Shown: piece by piece, positions 38,578-51,179 of the stretch
Layout of the letters: each line of letters opens with the position of its first letter
Position numbering within the stretch: position 1 is the first letter of the stretch
NCBI RefSeq assembly: GCF_006345805.1
Contig: NW_021834187.1
Location: forward strand, 1-51,179
Source of the DNA: Octopus sinensis
Taxonomy: Eukaryota
Length of the DNA: 51,179 nt
Reading direction: 5' to 3'
The notes under the pieces: generated by a model
Databases searched by the model: none
What the model was told of the DNA's origin: nothing
The model's input: only the letters and a program-made list of their open reading frames with translations
Made by a program: the position numbers and the translations under genes

Positions 38578-38674
<97 letters not shown>

Positions 38675-38870
38675 CACACATATATATATATATATATACA
38701 TAATATACATATATACGACGACGGGCTTCTTTCGGTTTCTGTCTATCAAATCCACTCACAAGGCTTTGGTCGGCCCGAGGCTATAGAACAAGGTACCACG
38801 CGGTGGGAATGAACCCGAAACCATGTGGTTGGTAAGCAAGCTACTTACCACACAGCCACTCCTGCGCCTA
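38358..38870 (-). mobile_element. Full-length family-C SINE
   Basis: Matches 29172-29580, with head GGCGCAGGAGTGGCTGTGTGG on the minus strand. Confidence 0.9.
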
Positions 38871-39229
38871 TTATAAAGTATAAGTGAAAAGGTACAGTAA
38901 ATGAAAGAACGAGAGAGAGAGAGAGAGGGAGAGAGAGAGAGTGAGAGAGAGAGTGAGAGAGAGAGGGAGTGTGTGCCTGTGTGTGAGTGCGCGCGCATGT
39001 GTAACCCAGGATGAAACAGATAGAGACAGAGAGGCATTAAAACAAAAGCAAGCAGCCCCCACCCACATAAATATATAAGTTGGGAGCACAAAAAGGGAAG
39101 AAAACAAAGACAAATGAATAGGTAGATAGGTTAATTAACCGATTAATAGATCGATCCCTAAATATATAAGAATATAGATAAATTGTTGCATAGACTTGTT
39201 GGTAGATAAATATATTCATAGACAGACAG

Positions 39230-39598
39230 TGGAGGCGCAATGGCCCAGTGGTTAGGGCAGCGGACTCGCGGTCGTAGGATCGCGGTTTCGATTCCCAGAC
39301 CGGGCGTTGTGAGTGTTTATTGAGCGAAAACACCTAAAAGCTCCACGAGGCTCCGACTGTACTCTTTCCCCACAACTTTCTCTCACTCTTACTTCCTGTT
39401 TCTGTTGTACCTGTATTTCAAAGGGCCGGCCTTGTCACTCTCTGTGTCACACTGAATATCCCCGAGAACTACGTTAAGGGTACACGTGTCTGTGGAGTGC
39501 TCAGCCACTTGCACGTTAATTTCACGAGCAGGCTGTTCCGTTGATTCGGATCAACCGGAACCCTCGTCGTCGTAACCGACGGAGTGCTTCCATCCATC
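39230..39598 (+). mobile_element. Family-A SINE with 13-bp TSD
   Basis: CATAGACAGACAG at 39217-39229 and 39599-39611. Confidence 0.92.
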
Positions 39599-39811
39599 CA
39601 TAGACAGACAGAGATGTTAATAAACAGACATGTAGGCATGTAGAAAATAGACGGGTAGATAACTAGCTAGATTAACTGATTGACAAATAAACTGAAAGAT
39701 TGAGAGACTGATAGTTAAATAGAGATGATTGATTGATTGGTAGACATATTAATAGGTAGATAGACGGAGTGATCGATATATAGTTAGACATAGACAGACT
39801 GACAGGCAGAT

Positions 39812-40156
39812 GGATGGAAGCACTCCGTCGGTTACGACGATGAGGTTTCCGGTTGATCCGATCAACGGAACAGCCTGCTCGTGAAATTAACGTGTAAGTG
39901 GGGATATTCAGCGTGACACAGAGAGAGTGACAAAGCCGGCCCTTTGAAATACAGGTACAACAGAAACAGGAAGTAAGAGTGAGAGAAAGTTGTGGTGAAA
40001 GAGTACAGCAGGGATCACCACCATCCCCTGCCGGAGCCTCGTGGAACTTTTAGGTGTTTTCGCTCAATAAACACTCACAACGCCCGGTCTGGGAATCGAA
40101 ACCGCGATTCTACGACCGCGAGTCCGCTGCCCTAACCACTGGGCCATTGCGCCTCC
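39812..40156 (-). mobile_element. Family-A SINE with 14-bp TSD
   Basis: ACTGACAGGCAGAT at 39798-39811 and 40157-40170. Confidence 0.92.
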
Positions 40157-40544
40157 ACTGACAGGCAGATAGACAGACAACAGATAGGTCAATTGTTTGA
40201 TAGATAGAAAAAATAGATAAGATACACTGGTAGATAGACAGATTGACTTATAAATAGACAGACTGCTAGAAAACATTAAAATGTGAAGAGAAAAAAAAGA
40301 AAGAGACAAAGGGAGGGGAGATGTTCTTTATTTTAATTTCTAACATGCATACAAGAGGCCAGAATGTTTTTGGTTTTGGTGGGATGGAATTACATCGATT
40401 CGATCAACCCTAGGATATAATTGGTACCCATATGCGTGACATGGTGATCTCATATTAATATAAACAGTGCATGAGCTTGCAAGTGGGGCCCAACTAGAAT
40501 CTTCTTCATGTCGAGTAGCCCCATCTTGCTCACATGGTTTGCTG

Positions 40545-41550
40545 AATAAGGTTTGTTTGCTGAACGAAACACCAATGTTTCCAGAGGTACTTAAAGATGC
40601 AGTTTGATATGTTGTCCGTCATCAGTTTCCACATCAGTGGCAAACAAGACATTGTTCGGAAATTTCCAGCCGTATTCCCTTTACTTGGTTCCTTCTGGTT
40701 TAGTACCGTTTTTCTTTTTGTTGTCCAGGCTGGTACTTGGATGTCACTACTCATTATTTCGTCCACCAGTCTCGCAATTCTCCCGTGCAGACCTGTCAAA
40801 GTTTTAAACCGAAAACCCTGAATTTCATCTGAGCCAGGCGCTTCCCAGTTAGGAATTTTCCCGCACTGATCTCTAATCATCTCCTCGGTTATTCTCAAAT
40901 CCTCCTGCTGATACTTTCCACTCTCCTCTTTGAGTCTCTTTAACCATTCTGCTTCAATTTTGTGTTGTTTCTCCTGAGATCATATGTTTGACCAGAATCT
41001 TTTGCTTATTCAGCATCCGGCAGAGCTTTTTCACCTTTTTCTTTCCCCTCCAGTTCCTGATAGACTCGTTTCTGATTTTCTTCGAAAAGTCTGTTTAATC
41101 TGTACTGCTCAATTCTCTATTCATATCACATTAGTTTATGTGCTTTAGCTTTCAACCACTGTTTTAATTCCTCAGTTATAACATTGATTCCCTTTCTCTT
41201 CACCCTTTACTTCCTCTCTAGTTCAACATATTTCTCAGGCTGAACTTCATTTCTCTTTTTCTATACCAGAATATTTATGTTTTCTGATCTCGTTAATAGA
41301 CTGCGTTATTCTCCTTTTCCATCATGGTTCCTTCGAGTTATGTTGACATTTTACCTTTTGGCTTTCAAACCTAACTTACGGGCTATAAAGATAGAGATTG
41401 CATTTATCAGATTGTTGGTGTCTGAGATGTTGTCAGTCCTGATATCATTTATCTTCCTGATCCATTCATTGAGTTTCTTTCTGTCTACTTTTTAAACCTC
41501 GCATGAAGGCTCTGTTCACCTCTGTCCACTTATTTAAACCTCACGTATGA
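40545..41550 (-). mobile_element. Non-LTR retrotransposon fragment (Dong/R4-like, pre-RT and RT N-terminus), pseudogenised
   Basis: KIPNWEAPGSDEIQGF..KTVLNQKEPSKGNTAGNFRTMSCLPLMWKL matches LINE RT domains 0-1 (KAPGPD, NYRPI.CL). The clade assignment is from memory. Confidence 0.75.
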
Positions 41551-41634
41551 AAGCTCTGTACACCATTGTTGCTATTATTATAATTATTGTTATTGTTGCT
41601 GCTGCTGTTGTTGTTGTCATTATTATTATTATTA

Positions 41635-41701
<67 letters not shown>

Positions 41702-41738
41702 GTTATTATTATTATTATTATTATCATTATTATTATTA

Positions 41739-41769
<31 letters not shown>

Positions 41770-41949
41770 CATTATTATTATTATTATTATTATTATGAAT
41801 AGTAGTAGTACTAGTGCGGTTTATATGCCATCAAATACGGTATTATTATTAGTATTATGTGGAAAGATGTGCGACATGTTACTCCGCAGAATTTCTGTAT
41901 TTAAGAAATGTTACTGAATGGAAACACACACACCCCTGCAAGCACGCAT

Positions 41950-42005
<56 letters not shown>

Positions 42006-42740
42006 ACATTTCTTACACGATAGTTTCGTTAGAGAACCTTCTGATACGTTTCTAGCTAAACTTCCCACACGAGAAAGGAGCAGATTTTGCAATTTTCTAG
42101 ACGTTTTCATCTCAACTTTGTTTTGTATCTACGATTGACCCACGATGACAACTGACTATCGAGACAACGCCCACCGAGAAATTTAATTGAAAGCAACAAT
42201 TCAGAAAGCAAATTAGAAAAGAAAAGTTAAATACACAGCTGGACGTAAACATTTTGCAAAGGAAAATTATGACTTGACAGAAAGCAGTTCTAGTAACATT
42301 CGCGGCGATACGGCAAACAACAATAGTACCAGGAATGTCAGCAACAGCAACAATAGTTATAACAACGTCTGTAATAATAAGAATGACAACAAAGCAACAA
42401 TAACAGCAACAACAAGAAGCACAAGAGAAACATATGCATACATATCTTTACTAAACAAATGAAACTGCAGGCCTAATTTGAACATGAGTCGGCAGACTGG
42501 GAAGACTTGGTAATGTTTTGTTACTAAGAAGAGTGCATCTTTGCCGGAGAGCTTTATCCAAGAGCAAGAGAAAGAAAATGTTATTTGCTAAAACAGGTTG
42601 CTTTATGTCTTCAGAGAGACCATGTGAAGGATCCCAAGCCAATGTGTGGAGTGATATCTTTTCTATCAATCAGGGGATTTAAAACAGATGACAGATAAAA
42701 GAAGCAAGTCGAGTTAGTACGTGATACACTTACCTATACC

Positions 42741-42973
42741 TATTTCTTTATTACCCACAAGGGGCTAAACACAGAGGGGACAAACAAGGACAGACATAGG
42801 TATTAAGTCGATTACATCGACCCCAGTGCGTAACTAGTACTTAATTTATCGACCCCGAAAGGATGAAAGGCAAAGTCGACCTCGGCGGAATTTGAACTCA
42901 CAACGTAACACAGACGAAATACTGCTAAGCATTTCGCCCGGCGTGCTAACGTTTCTGCCAGCCGCCGCCTTAA
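42741..42973 (-). mobile_element. Full-length family-B SINE with ~20-bp TSD
   Basis: GTGATACACTTACCTATACC at 42721-42740 and 42974-42993. Confidence 0.92.
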
Positions 42974-43019
42974 GTGATACACTTACCTATACCATATTGC
43001 TGTAATACACAGATCGATG

Positions 43020-43340
43020 CAATACGAAAATGACGATCAAGGATAAGGTGCATAGAAGGTGCTTGTAAAGACACGAACACGGCATACATTGGAGAGACAC
43101 CTAGAAGTATTGCGGAGAGAATAGATAAGCACTTGCGGCAATATGAATGAAGGATATTGGTAATGATGTTGATCGCTGATTTATACTCACATTTGTGACA
43201 CAGTTCGGACAGCGGTGATTGCTGAGGTAACCAAGTAAAATATGTGGCCAAGTGAAATCTCAATGGGCATAAAGACCATAATAACATCCATTCTCCGAAA
43301 GCCATACAATCATATGGAGCAGACTAAATAAGACGAGCGA
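43020..43340 (+). mobile_element. Decayed GIY-YIG endonuclease fragment (PLE-like)
   Basis: CIEGACKDTNTAYIGETPRSIAERIDKH matches the C..C...YIGET.R...R..EH pattern. Confidence 0.7.
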
Positions 43341-43344
43341 GCTG

Positions 43345-44150
43345 GAAGAATAATTAAGGACGGGAAAAGATGCTGAGTTTAAATCCTCCTGAGGTTAGCT
43401 TTGCCTTTTTATTCTCTCAGGGTGCTTAAAATAAGTAACGACCAATCCCCTCACTTCAAAATTGCTGGCCTTGTGCCAAAATATGAAACCATTGTTTAGG
43501 GTGGATTTGGCAGAATCGTTCGAGCATGGGAAAAAATGTCTTGAGGCGTTTCTTCCAGCTACTTATGTTCTGAGTTCAATTTCCATCGAGGGAAACTTTA
43601 CTGTTTATTGCAGTGAGATCGATAAAATAAAGAGCCAATTAAGTATTGGAATCGATGGTGTCGACTAACGCCCTCTCTTCAAAATTGCTAACCTTGAGCC
43701 AAAAATTGAAACCAATGAATGAACGAGCTGGCAGAATCACTAGCTCATCGGACAAAAGGGGAAAACAGTGCTTAGCGGCACATCTTCCAGCTTTTTATGT
43801 TCTGAGTTCAAATTCTTCCGAGGTTGACTTCACCTTACACTTTTCAGGATCGATAAAATAAGTAGCAGTTGCATACTGGAATCGATTCAATCGATTTACC
43901 CAACCTTAAAATTACTAGTTTTACGTTAAAATTAGAAAGGATTGTCATTGTTGCTGTGGATAGGTAGAATCATTAGTGTGTCAATGAATATTCCTTGCGG
44001 TAATTAGAATTATATTAGTGCCTTTACTTTGAGTTAAAATCCGGTTTGAGATCAGCTTCGCCTTTTATTCTTCCGGGGCGCTAAAATAATATCAGTCAAA
44101 AACTGGGGCTGGTTATAATCGACTGCTCCATTTCCTAACTAATTTCTATG
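43345..44150 (+). mobile_element. Four old, diverged family-B SINE copies in tandem orientation
   Basis: Repeated degenerate GAGCTGGCAGAATC, GAGTTCAA and GATAAAATAAG motifs. Confidence 0.7.
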
Positions 44151-44976
44151 TAAGGAATTATTTTTATTATTTGCGTTATTCATATTACGCAGCCTAAATC
44201 TTTGCCCGACTTCGATTGCTGTGAGAAGGAATGTGTGTGATAAATGCCTTTAATGAAATCAAAACAAGTTTTTGTTTGGAATTTGTATTAAAGAGTTAAA
44301 CAAAACAAAAAAGTCTTAGGGAAACAAAGCGTCACATGTTTTAGCCATCAATTTGTTCTAGAAAAGAACCAGTCACAGACAACTAAGAGTTGAAGAGGCG
44401 GGAACAAATTCGAAAACTTTGTATTTGTCGACGTATTAATCACTAGATACTGAACGCGTCCTCTATCAGTGACAATGGCCAATTACTGACACACGCACAA
44501 ACATGTTTCCACTCAGTCACTCACATAAACAGACACACTCATATACATGCATAGATACATACATGCATAAAACACACACACATAGACACACATACACACA
44601 CAAGAAGCGATGTCAGTGACTCAAGGCTCTAGGGTTTCGTACCAAAGCATTTGATATGAAACTCTAAGCCCTTCAGTTACCGATGCAGTTTCTCAACTAC
44701 AATGATATAAGCAGTTTACTTCTTGTATTGCGTTCTACTCTCTCTCGTTTGTATAAACAACCCCATACACACACACCACACACACACACACGCATACACA
44801 CACAGATATATACATATATATACAAACATACATACATTCATAGGCACACACATATATATATATATGCACATACATTCATAGATACACAAACATATGCACA
44901 TACATACATTCATAGATACACACACAGACACACAGACACACACACATACACACACTCACTCACACACACACGCACG

Positions 44977-45011
<35 letters not shown>

Positions 45012-45154
45012 ACACACAAAAAAGAAACAGCTTTTTTTTCAAGATGGAGAACCCACAACTGTGATTGTGTATAATTGAACACAATCGTGACGTCACTATA
45101 TTGAGCTGTTGTCGTTGATGATGTTAATGATGATGATAAATAATAACACCTTTA

Positions 45155-45617
45155 TTCTTTTATCATTTTACTTGTTTCAGTCATTTAGCTGCAGCCATTC
45201 TGGAGCACCGCCTTGACGGACTTTAGGCAAACAAACCAGCCCCAAGACATTTTTTAAAGCCTAGTACCAATTCTATTGATCTCTTTTGCCGAACTGATAA
45301 GCTACGGGGACGTAAACAAACCATAACCGGTTGTCAAGCGGGGAAGGGGAGAGACAAACACAGACACAAAGATACACACACATACCCACACCCATCCACC
45401 CACACACGCATCTTCCTACCCCCCCCACACACATACACACACACATACGCACATATATACGACGGGCTTCTTGCAGTTTCCGTTTATCAAATCTACTCAT
45501 AAGGCTTTGGTCGGCTTGAAGCTATAGTAGAAGACACCTGCCCAAGGTGCCATGCTGTGGGACTGAACTTGGAACTATGTGGTTGGTAAGCAAGCTTCTT
45601 ACCACACAGCCACACCT
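45155..45617 (-). mobile_element. Family-C SINE (variant subgroup)
   Basis: Matches the family-C head and tail, and shares private variants with 46935-47280. Confidence 0.85.
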
Positions 45618-46929
45618 GCAATCCAACAGCACTTGTCAAGCGGTTGCGTGGGGGTGGGGCAACGCGTTTGTCAAGCAGTTGCGTGGGGGAAGGACAAACA
45701 CACACACACACACACTCACACACACACTCCTACTCACACATACACACACCCGATGGGTTCCACACAGTTTCTGCCAACAAAATCCGCTCGATAGGCATTG
45801 GCCTGCCCGCGGTTATAGTTGTCGACACTTGCTCGAGGTAACGTGCAATGGGACTGAACCTGAAACCAAATGATTGTGAAGCTAACTCCTTAACCACGAT
45901 GAGCCTGAGCCTATTCATACGGAAATTATACATTTCCAAATCTCGTCTTGCTTTTTTGTGCAAAAGTGACTTCATAATTAGCTCAAATTGTTTCCGTACT
46001 TTTTCATATTCTCGAATATACGTATCATTTATATTCAGCTTATACCGTATATAAATTTAGGAAAAGCATATAATATGAGAGTATTTGTTATAGAATTTTT
46101 GTGAAAGGAATTTGAAAATATATCATGATGTTTCGCTGAGAGACAACCCACCCAATCCTAAAAGTGTAGCCTAAATATGATATATGGAAATAATTTTCAT
46201 TTGATTTCTGGTGATAACTCTTTCCCTACCTATAAACATCACCCTGACAAAAACAAAAAACAAAAAAAAAAAAAAAAAAAAACGAAAAGATCTTAGATTA
46301 ACTTAAAAAAAGAAAATAAAGGTCAAAGATTGTACACATGTGTACACACCTATACATACAATGTTATTTAGTAATATAGATTATTTTTTTCATATTTCCT
46401 TCTTAGTCATTAATTTTTAGTTGGAAACATTAATGTTTCTAAGTTCATTGAACTTGAGAACGTTAACGGTCCTACGTTCATTGAACTTTCATTTTTCATT
46501 AATCCTGAATGAAGTTGTGTGCTGCATGTTTTAGAAATAGCAAAGGAATCATACAAAAGCGTTTGTAACTGACAAAAAACCTCATTAGAGAATAACGTTT
46601 TTAAAATATTAACTCTAAAGTAATTACATTGTTTATTCCACAAGTGATGTATATATACCATTTGCTTTGTATTTTCATAGCTATTCTAATGTTATTAAGA
46701 TGATAGCATTTTTCTATTAATATTCTTTTTTACTATTTCTTTAAAATCCAATTTTGTGTCGCGTTGTGTTATATTGTATATACACTGCAATGGAACCTTG
46801 TTTTAAGGGCATACAAAAATATTAATAAGGACAAATTTCGAAAACGAGGCCCCAGACCGGTTCCACATTCATTGGTGTCATTCATATCTCTAGCAAACTG
46901 ATAAATTTATTCGATGGGGTCCCTCATTA

Positions 46930-47280
46930 AAGCTACACCCTTATATGCCGAACCGATAAGCTCCGGGGATGTAAACACATCATAACCGGTTGTCAAGCGG
47001 TGAAGGGGTGAGACAAACACAGACACAAAGACACAGACACATACCCACACCCATACACCCACACCAACCCAAACATCCCCCCACCCACCCACACGCACAC
47101 ACACACACATACACACATATATACGACGGGCTTCTTGCAGTTTCCGTTTATCAAATCTACTCATAAGGCTTTGGTCGGCTTGAAGCTATTGTAGAAGACA
47201 CCTGCCCAAGGTGCCACGCAGTGGGACTGAACTTGGAACTATGTGGCTGGTAAGCAAGCTTCTTACCACACAGCCACACT
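46930..47280 (-). mobile_element. Family-C SINE (variant subgroup, 3'-truncated)
   Basis: Near-identical to 45270-45617 outside the internal microsatellite. Confidence 0.85.
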
Positions 47281-47619
47281 ATTACTATTTATCAAGATTT
47301 TTCAATCCTCGAAATGAACACACCCTAAATTTATTTCCGTCTATCAGTCTTTTATTTGTTTCAGTCACTGGAGAGAAAAGGATCATACTTGTGTGTGTCT
47401 GACGAAATAGTTTCAGTTATGGCATTTATCAGTTTCAAAATTACATCCAAATTGGTATATTGCGTTGGTTATTTGAAATTCCAAATACCCGCTTCACAGA
47501 TTTGGAGTTTCGTGTCGATGGGGTTTTAGTTTTGGCTTTGAAGCTATTTATTTTCCTAATTACTTTTGTGATAGCATTTCTGTTTTTAGAATGTTTTAAT
47601 AACATATTAATGCAATCTA

Positions 47620-48003
47620 TGGAGGCGCAATGGCCCAGTGGTCAGGGCAGCGGACTCGCGGTGATAGGATCGCGGTTTCGATTCCCAGACCGAGCGTTGT
47701 GAGTGTTTATTGAGCGAAAACACCTAAAGCTCCACGAGGCTCCGGCAGGGGATGGTGGTGATCCCTGCTGTACTCTTTCACCACAACTTTCTCTCACTCT
47801 TACTTCCTGTTTCTGTTGTACCTGTATTTCAAAGGGCCAGCCTTGTCACTCTCTGTGTCACGCTGAATATCCCCGAGAACTACGTTAAGGGTACACGTGT
47901 CTGTGGAGTGCTCAGCCACTTACACGTTAATTTCACGAGCAGGCTGTTCCGTTGATTCGGATCAACCGGAACCCTCGTCGTCGTAACCGACGGAGTGCTT
48001 CCC
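47620..48003 (+). mobile_element. Family-A SINE
   Basis: Near-identical to 37684-38070. No clear TSD. Confidence 0.92.
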
Positions 48004-49223
48004 CCCATATAATATGTATTGTTTGAGCATTTTACTGGTTGTTTACCTGTCATATATATAGCAGTGAATTTGTTTCTGTATGGGTCTACAGCTCGGTCAA
48101 CTAACATGTTTATGAACATACGTTATAACCGTTTAAGTTTTATTGAAAGCGCTTTTTGTGGATCGTTTCAGAGGGATCTTATCACTGCCAGTTTATATCA
48201 TGAAGACCGTTATTGTCTCTATCTACATATATAGATACTTATTACTGCTTTTTCGGGTATAGCAATATAGTCGATAGTCAAGACTATTGAAAAGTTGCAA
48301 GACTCAACGAAAATTTTAGAAAATAAAAATAAGAAATAAGTGGAAATTTTACCGGTGAGTGTGTTAAATAATAAGGCACTAAAAGAGAATGACTCTCCCC
48401 AGACACAACAGAATATGCTTCAACACACGAACTCATATAAAGAATCTTGCAAACCAAATCCCAAAACGAAATATAGTCGAGTTGTCTCAATTTAAAAATT
48501 ACGCTGATTGGTAAACTTAAAGCTGGAATTATTTTCAAAATCTTCTTAAATTCTCTGCTTCGATGTGTTTGTTACAATGAATACATTCGATATATCGGAT
48601 ATAGACGATGGGGCTCACACACACACATACACACACAAACACACACACATACACACACACACACACACACCCACAAACACACACACACACACACACACGC
48701 CACACCACCACAGACACAGACATACAGACAGCCAGACAGACACCACACAACAACACACACACGCACACACACACCCAACCACCACACACACACACGCACA
48801 CACACACACAAAACACACCACACACACCACACACACCACACACACACAGACACAGACAGACGACAGACAGACAGACACACACACAAAACACACGCACACA
48901 CAACACACAAACACACACACACAACACGCACACACACACAACAAAACCACACACACACAACCACACACACGCACACACGTATGTATGTATGTATGTTACG
49001 ATAAGGAAGACTGGTATCTGAAATTTTTGACAAAAAGAAAATTGATTTTATCGTTAGCAAAAAAGTTGTCATTGCTACGAACGAGAAACACGGAAATAGT
49101 TCGAAGTTTATTGTTCTTGGACTAGGTATGGTAATAGTCTCTATGTGATGTCATTGTGTGTTGTGGTCGCCGTCTGTTCATCGTGTTTGTATTGTGATAG
49201 CGCTCGAGCCAGCTGCTGGTTCT

Positions 49224-49765
49224 TCTTCTTCTTCTTCTTCTTCTTCTTCTTCTTCTTCTTCTTCTTCTTCTTCTTCTTCTTCTTCTTCCAATCAGGACTC
49301 ACGCCATTAGCGACAAAGAATAATCTCTAATTCGAGCCTACTCTAAGCTACTAAGAATGCGTGTGGCAACTTGAAGATCCACCGACCACACGCGATAGAC
49401 CGTCGGTTGCAAGGGTGCGAAAGCTACGTTGTTATTCTCATTCCGTAAACGGTGGCTTTTTAACGGGTGGAGAGCTGAACCATCCTGGGGTACAGAGGAT
49501 TCGCAATCTAGACCAGGGTCTGAAAGTTTACCACGCCATAGTGGGTTACACCATAGTTCCTCTGCTTTTTGGCTGAAGTAGGAAGAAAGAGTGAGAGAAA
49601 GTTGTGGCGAAAGAGTACAGCGGGGTTCACCCCACCCCACCGGAGCCTCGTAGAACTTAGGTGATTTTGCTCAATAAACACTCACAATGCCCGGTCTGGG
49701 AATCGAAACCGCGTTCTTACGACCGCGAGTCCGCTGCCATAACCACTAGGCCATTGCGCCTCAAC
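49224..49765 (-). mobile_element. SINE with head A, a distinct ~300-bp tail and (GAA)n end, 12-bp TSD
   Basis: GCTGCTGGTTCT at 49212-49223 and 49766-49777. The head matches family A and the tail is unique in this window. Confidence 0.85.
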
Positions 49766-50306
49766 GCTGCTGGTTCTGCCGTTGTCTGTCGACTGTCATA
49801 TTCTGTGTCATCTTCTGTCAGTTCACCAATTGACAAAACTAATAATAGCAACGTCCAGAATACGAAAACTTTTGGATAGAAAATGGCTGCCATTTATTTC
49901 AAGTAAATGATTTCGGTCGAAGAAGGGTTCTTGGCATATTGAAATTCTATTTTCCTGTACATTCTTGTTTATCTAAATTGCGTTAATCGATATCGCCGGA
50001 ATTTCTTCCCTCCCAGGGGTAATTCTATTTTCTTAATGTCGTATTGGTTGAATGTTTTCTTTTTTATATTTTTTTATATTTTAAGTGTATCTTTTTGTCA
50101 ATTTTGCATAACGTTTCTCATACGTGGTTTTAGACGAAGAGTACTTAACTGTGTGAGGGTCATATCCATGGCAACACGGCTAAATGAGGTCATTCAACCA
50201 AACATTGATAATTAAATTAACTTCGTTGAAAAAGAATTTCTTGGTAAATGTGGGTGTATTTGACAATTATTTCTCAGCGATGTTTGTTTACTGGCAACTA
50301 AGCAAG

Positions 50307-50348
<42 letters not shown>

Positions 50349-50458
50349 GTATTGATCTGTTTTTTGATTTTCTCATCGCCCCTGCCTTTGTTTTCATTGT
50401 TTTATTATTATTATTATTATTATATTATTATTATTATTATTATTATTATTACTAATAC

Positions 50459-50494
<36 letters not shown>

Positions 50495-50496
50495 TA

Positions 50497-50582
<86 letters not shown>

Positions 50583-51179
50583 GTTATGATCGTGCGACTA
50601 ACTCTTAGATTTTTGCTTTAAGTATTTGTCATTTTCTTCTGTGCCCGGTTTCTGCTTTGTGGAAACTTAGAAGTTTTCGAATAAGACCCGTCCTATTGTG
50701 TTATTTCCATTGTAAAGGAGACATTTGCTATACGTCTAGACGCTTCTCTTGCATAATTTTCTATGTATTCTGAGAAACTCAGATGTTTTATGTGTTGTAA
50801 ATATGTTATATTGCTGTCCTTGGTTGGTAGAAACAAATATTTTCGACTGTGGTCAATGTTTTATTCTTTTAAACGTGTCTTTTGCTGAAGACTTCGCAGT
50901 TCTTCGGAAAAAAAGTAAGATTACAACAAGAACAAACAAAACGCTTTTTAAGAGCAATGGTAATTTCAGCTGGTCTTAATAGGTGCCACTCATGGACGTT
51001 AGATGCTAAACATTGGGAAAATCATGACTTTTGAGATGAAGTTTTATTAAATTATGTTTTTGAAATTCTAACCAGAGAAATATTTAGTAAGTCTCAGAAT
51101 GACGAAATACTGCAGTTAATTTTTTTTTTAAAAGGAAGAAAATTAAGTTGATGGTTGGCCATGTAACATGATATCATAA

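Noticed and set aside
42210-42462. Asn/Ser-rich ORF
   Set aside because: Low-complexity AAC/AAT-rich sequence with no domain, start context or splice evidence.

Overview
This is AT-rich, repeat-saturated eukaryotic DNA, most likely from an octopus. That assignment is inferred from the microsatellite density and from SINE families I recall from octopus; no database search was run. I found no convincing host protein-coding exon, and almost all ORFs in the supplied track are translations of microsatellites. The window contains several tRNA-derived SINE families (many with target-site duplications), four decayed Penelope-like (PLE) fragments with RT or GIY-YIG similarity, a Dong/R4-like LINE fragment, three Helitron-type elements (one with a Pif1-like helicase remnant), a mariner-like MITE and two minisatellites. 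The most notable signal is a set of type-I hammerhead ribozyme motifs. Three have a canonical core with intact stems (878-921, 27703-27778, 30684-30787), and several are minimal variants. Many sit in short non-coding fold-back elements next to (TA)n tracts. The window also holds several long inverted repeats that would form dsRNA if transcribed. All structures were read by eye and most boundaries are approximate.
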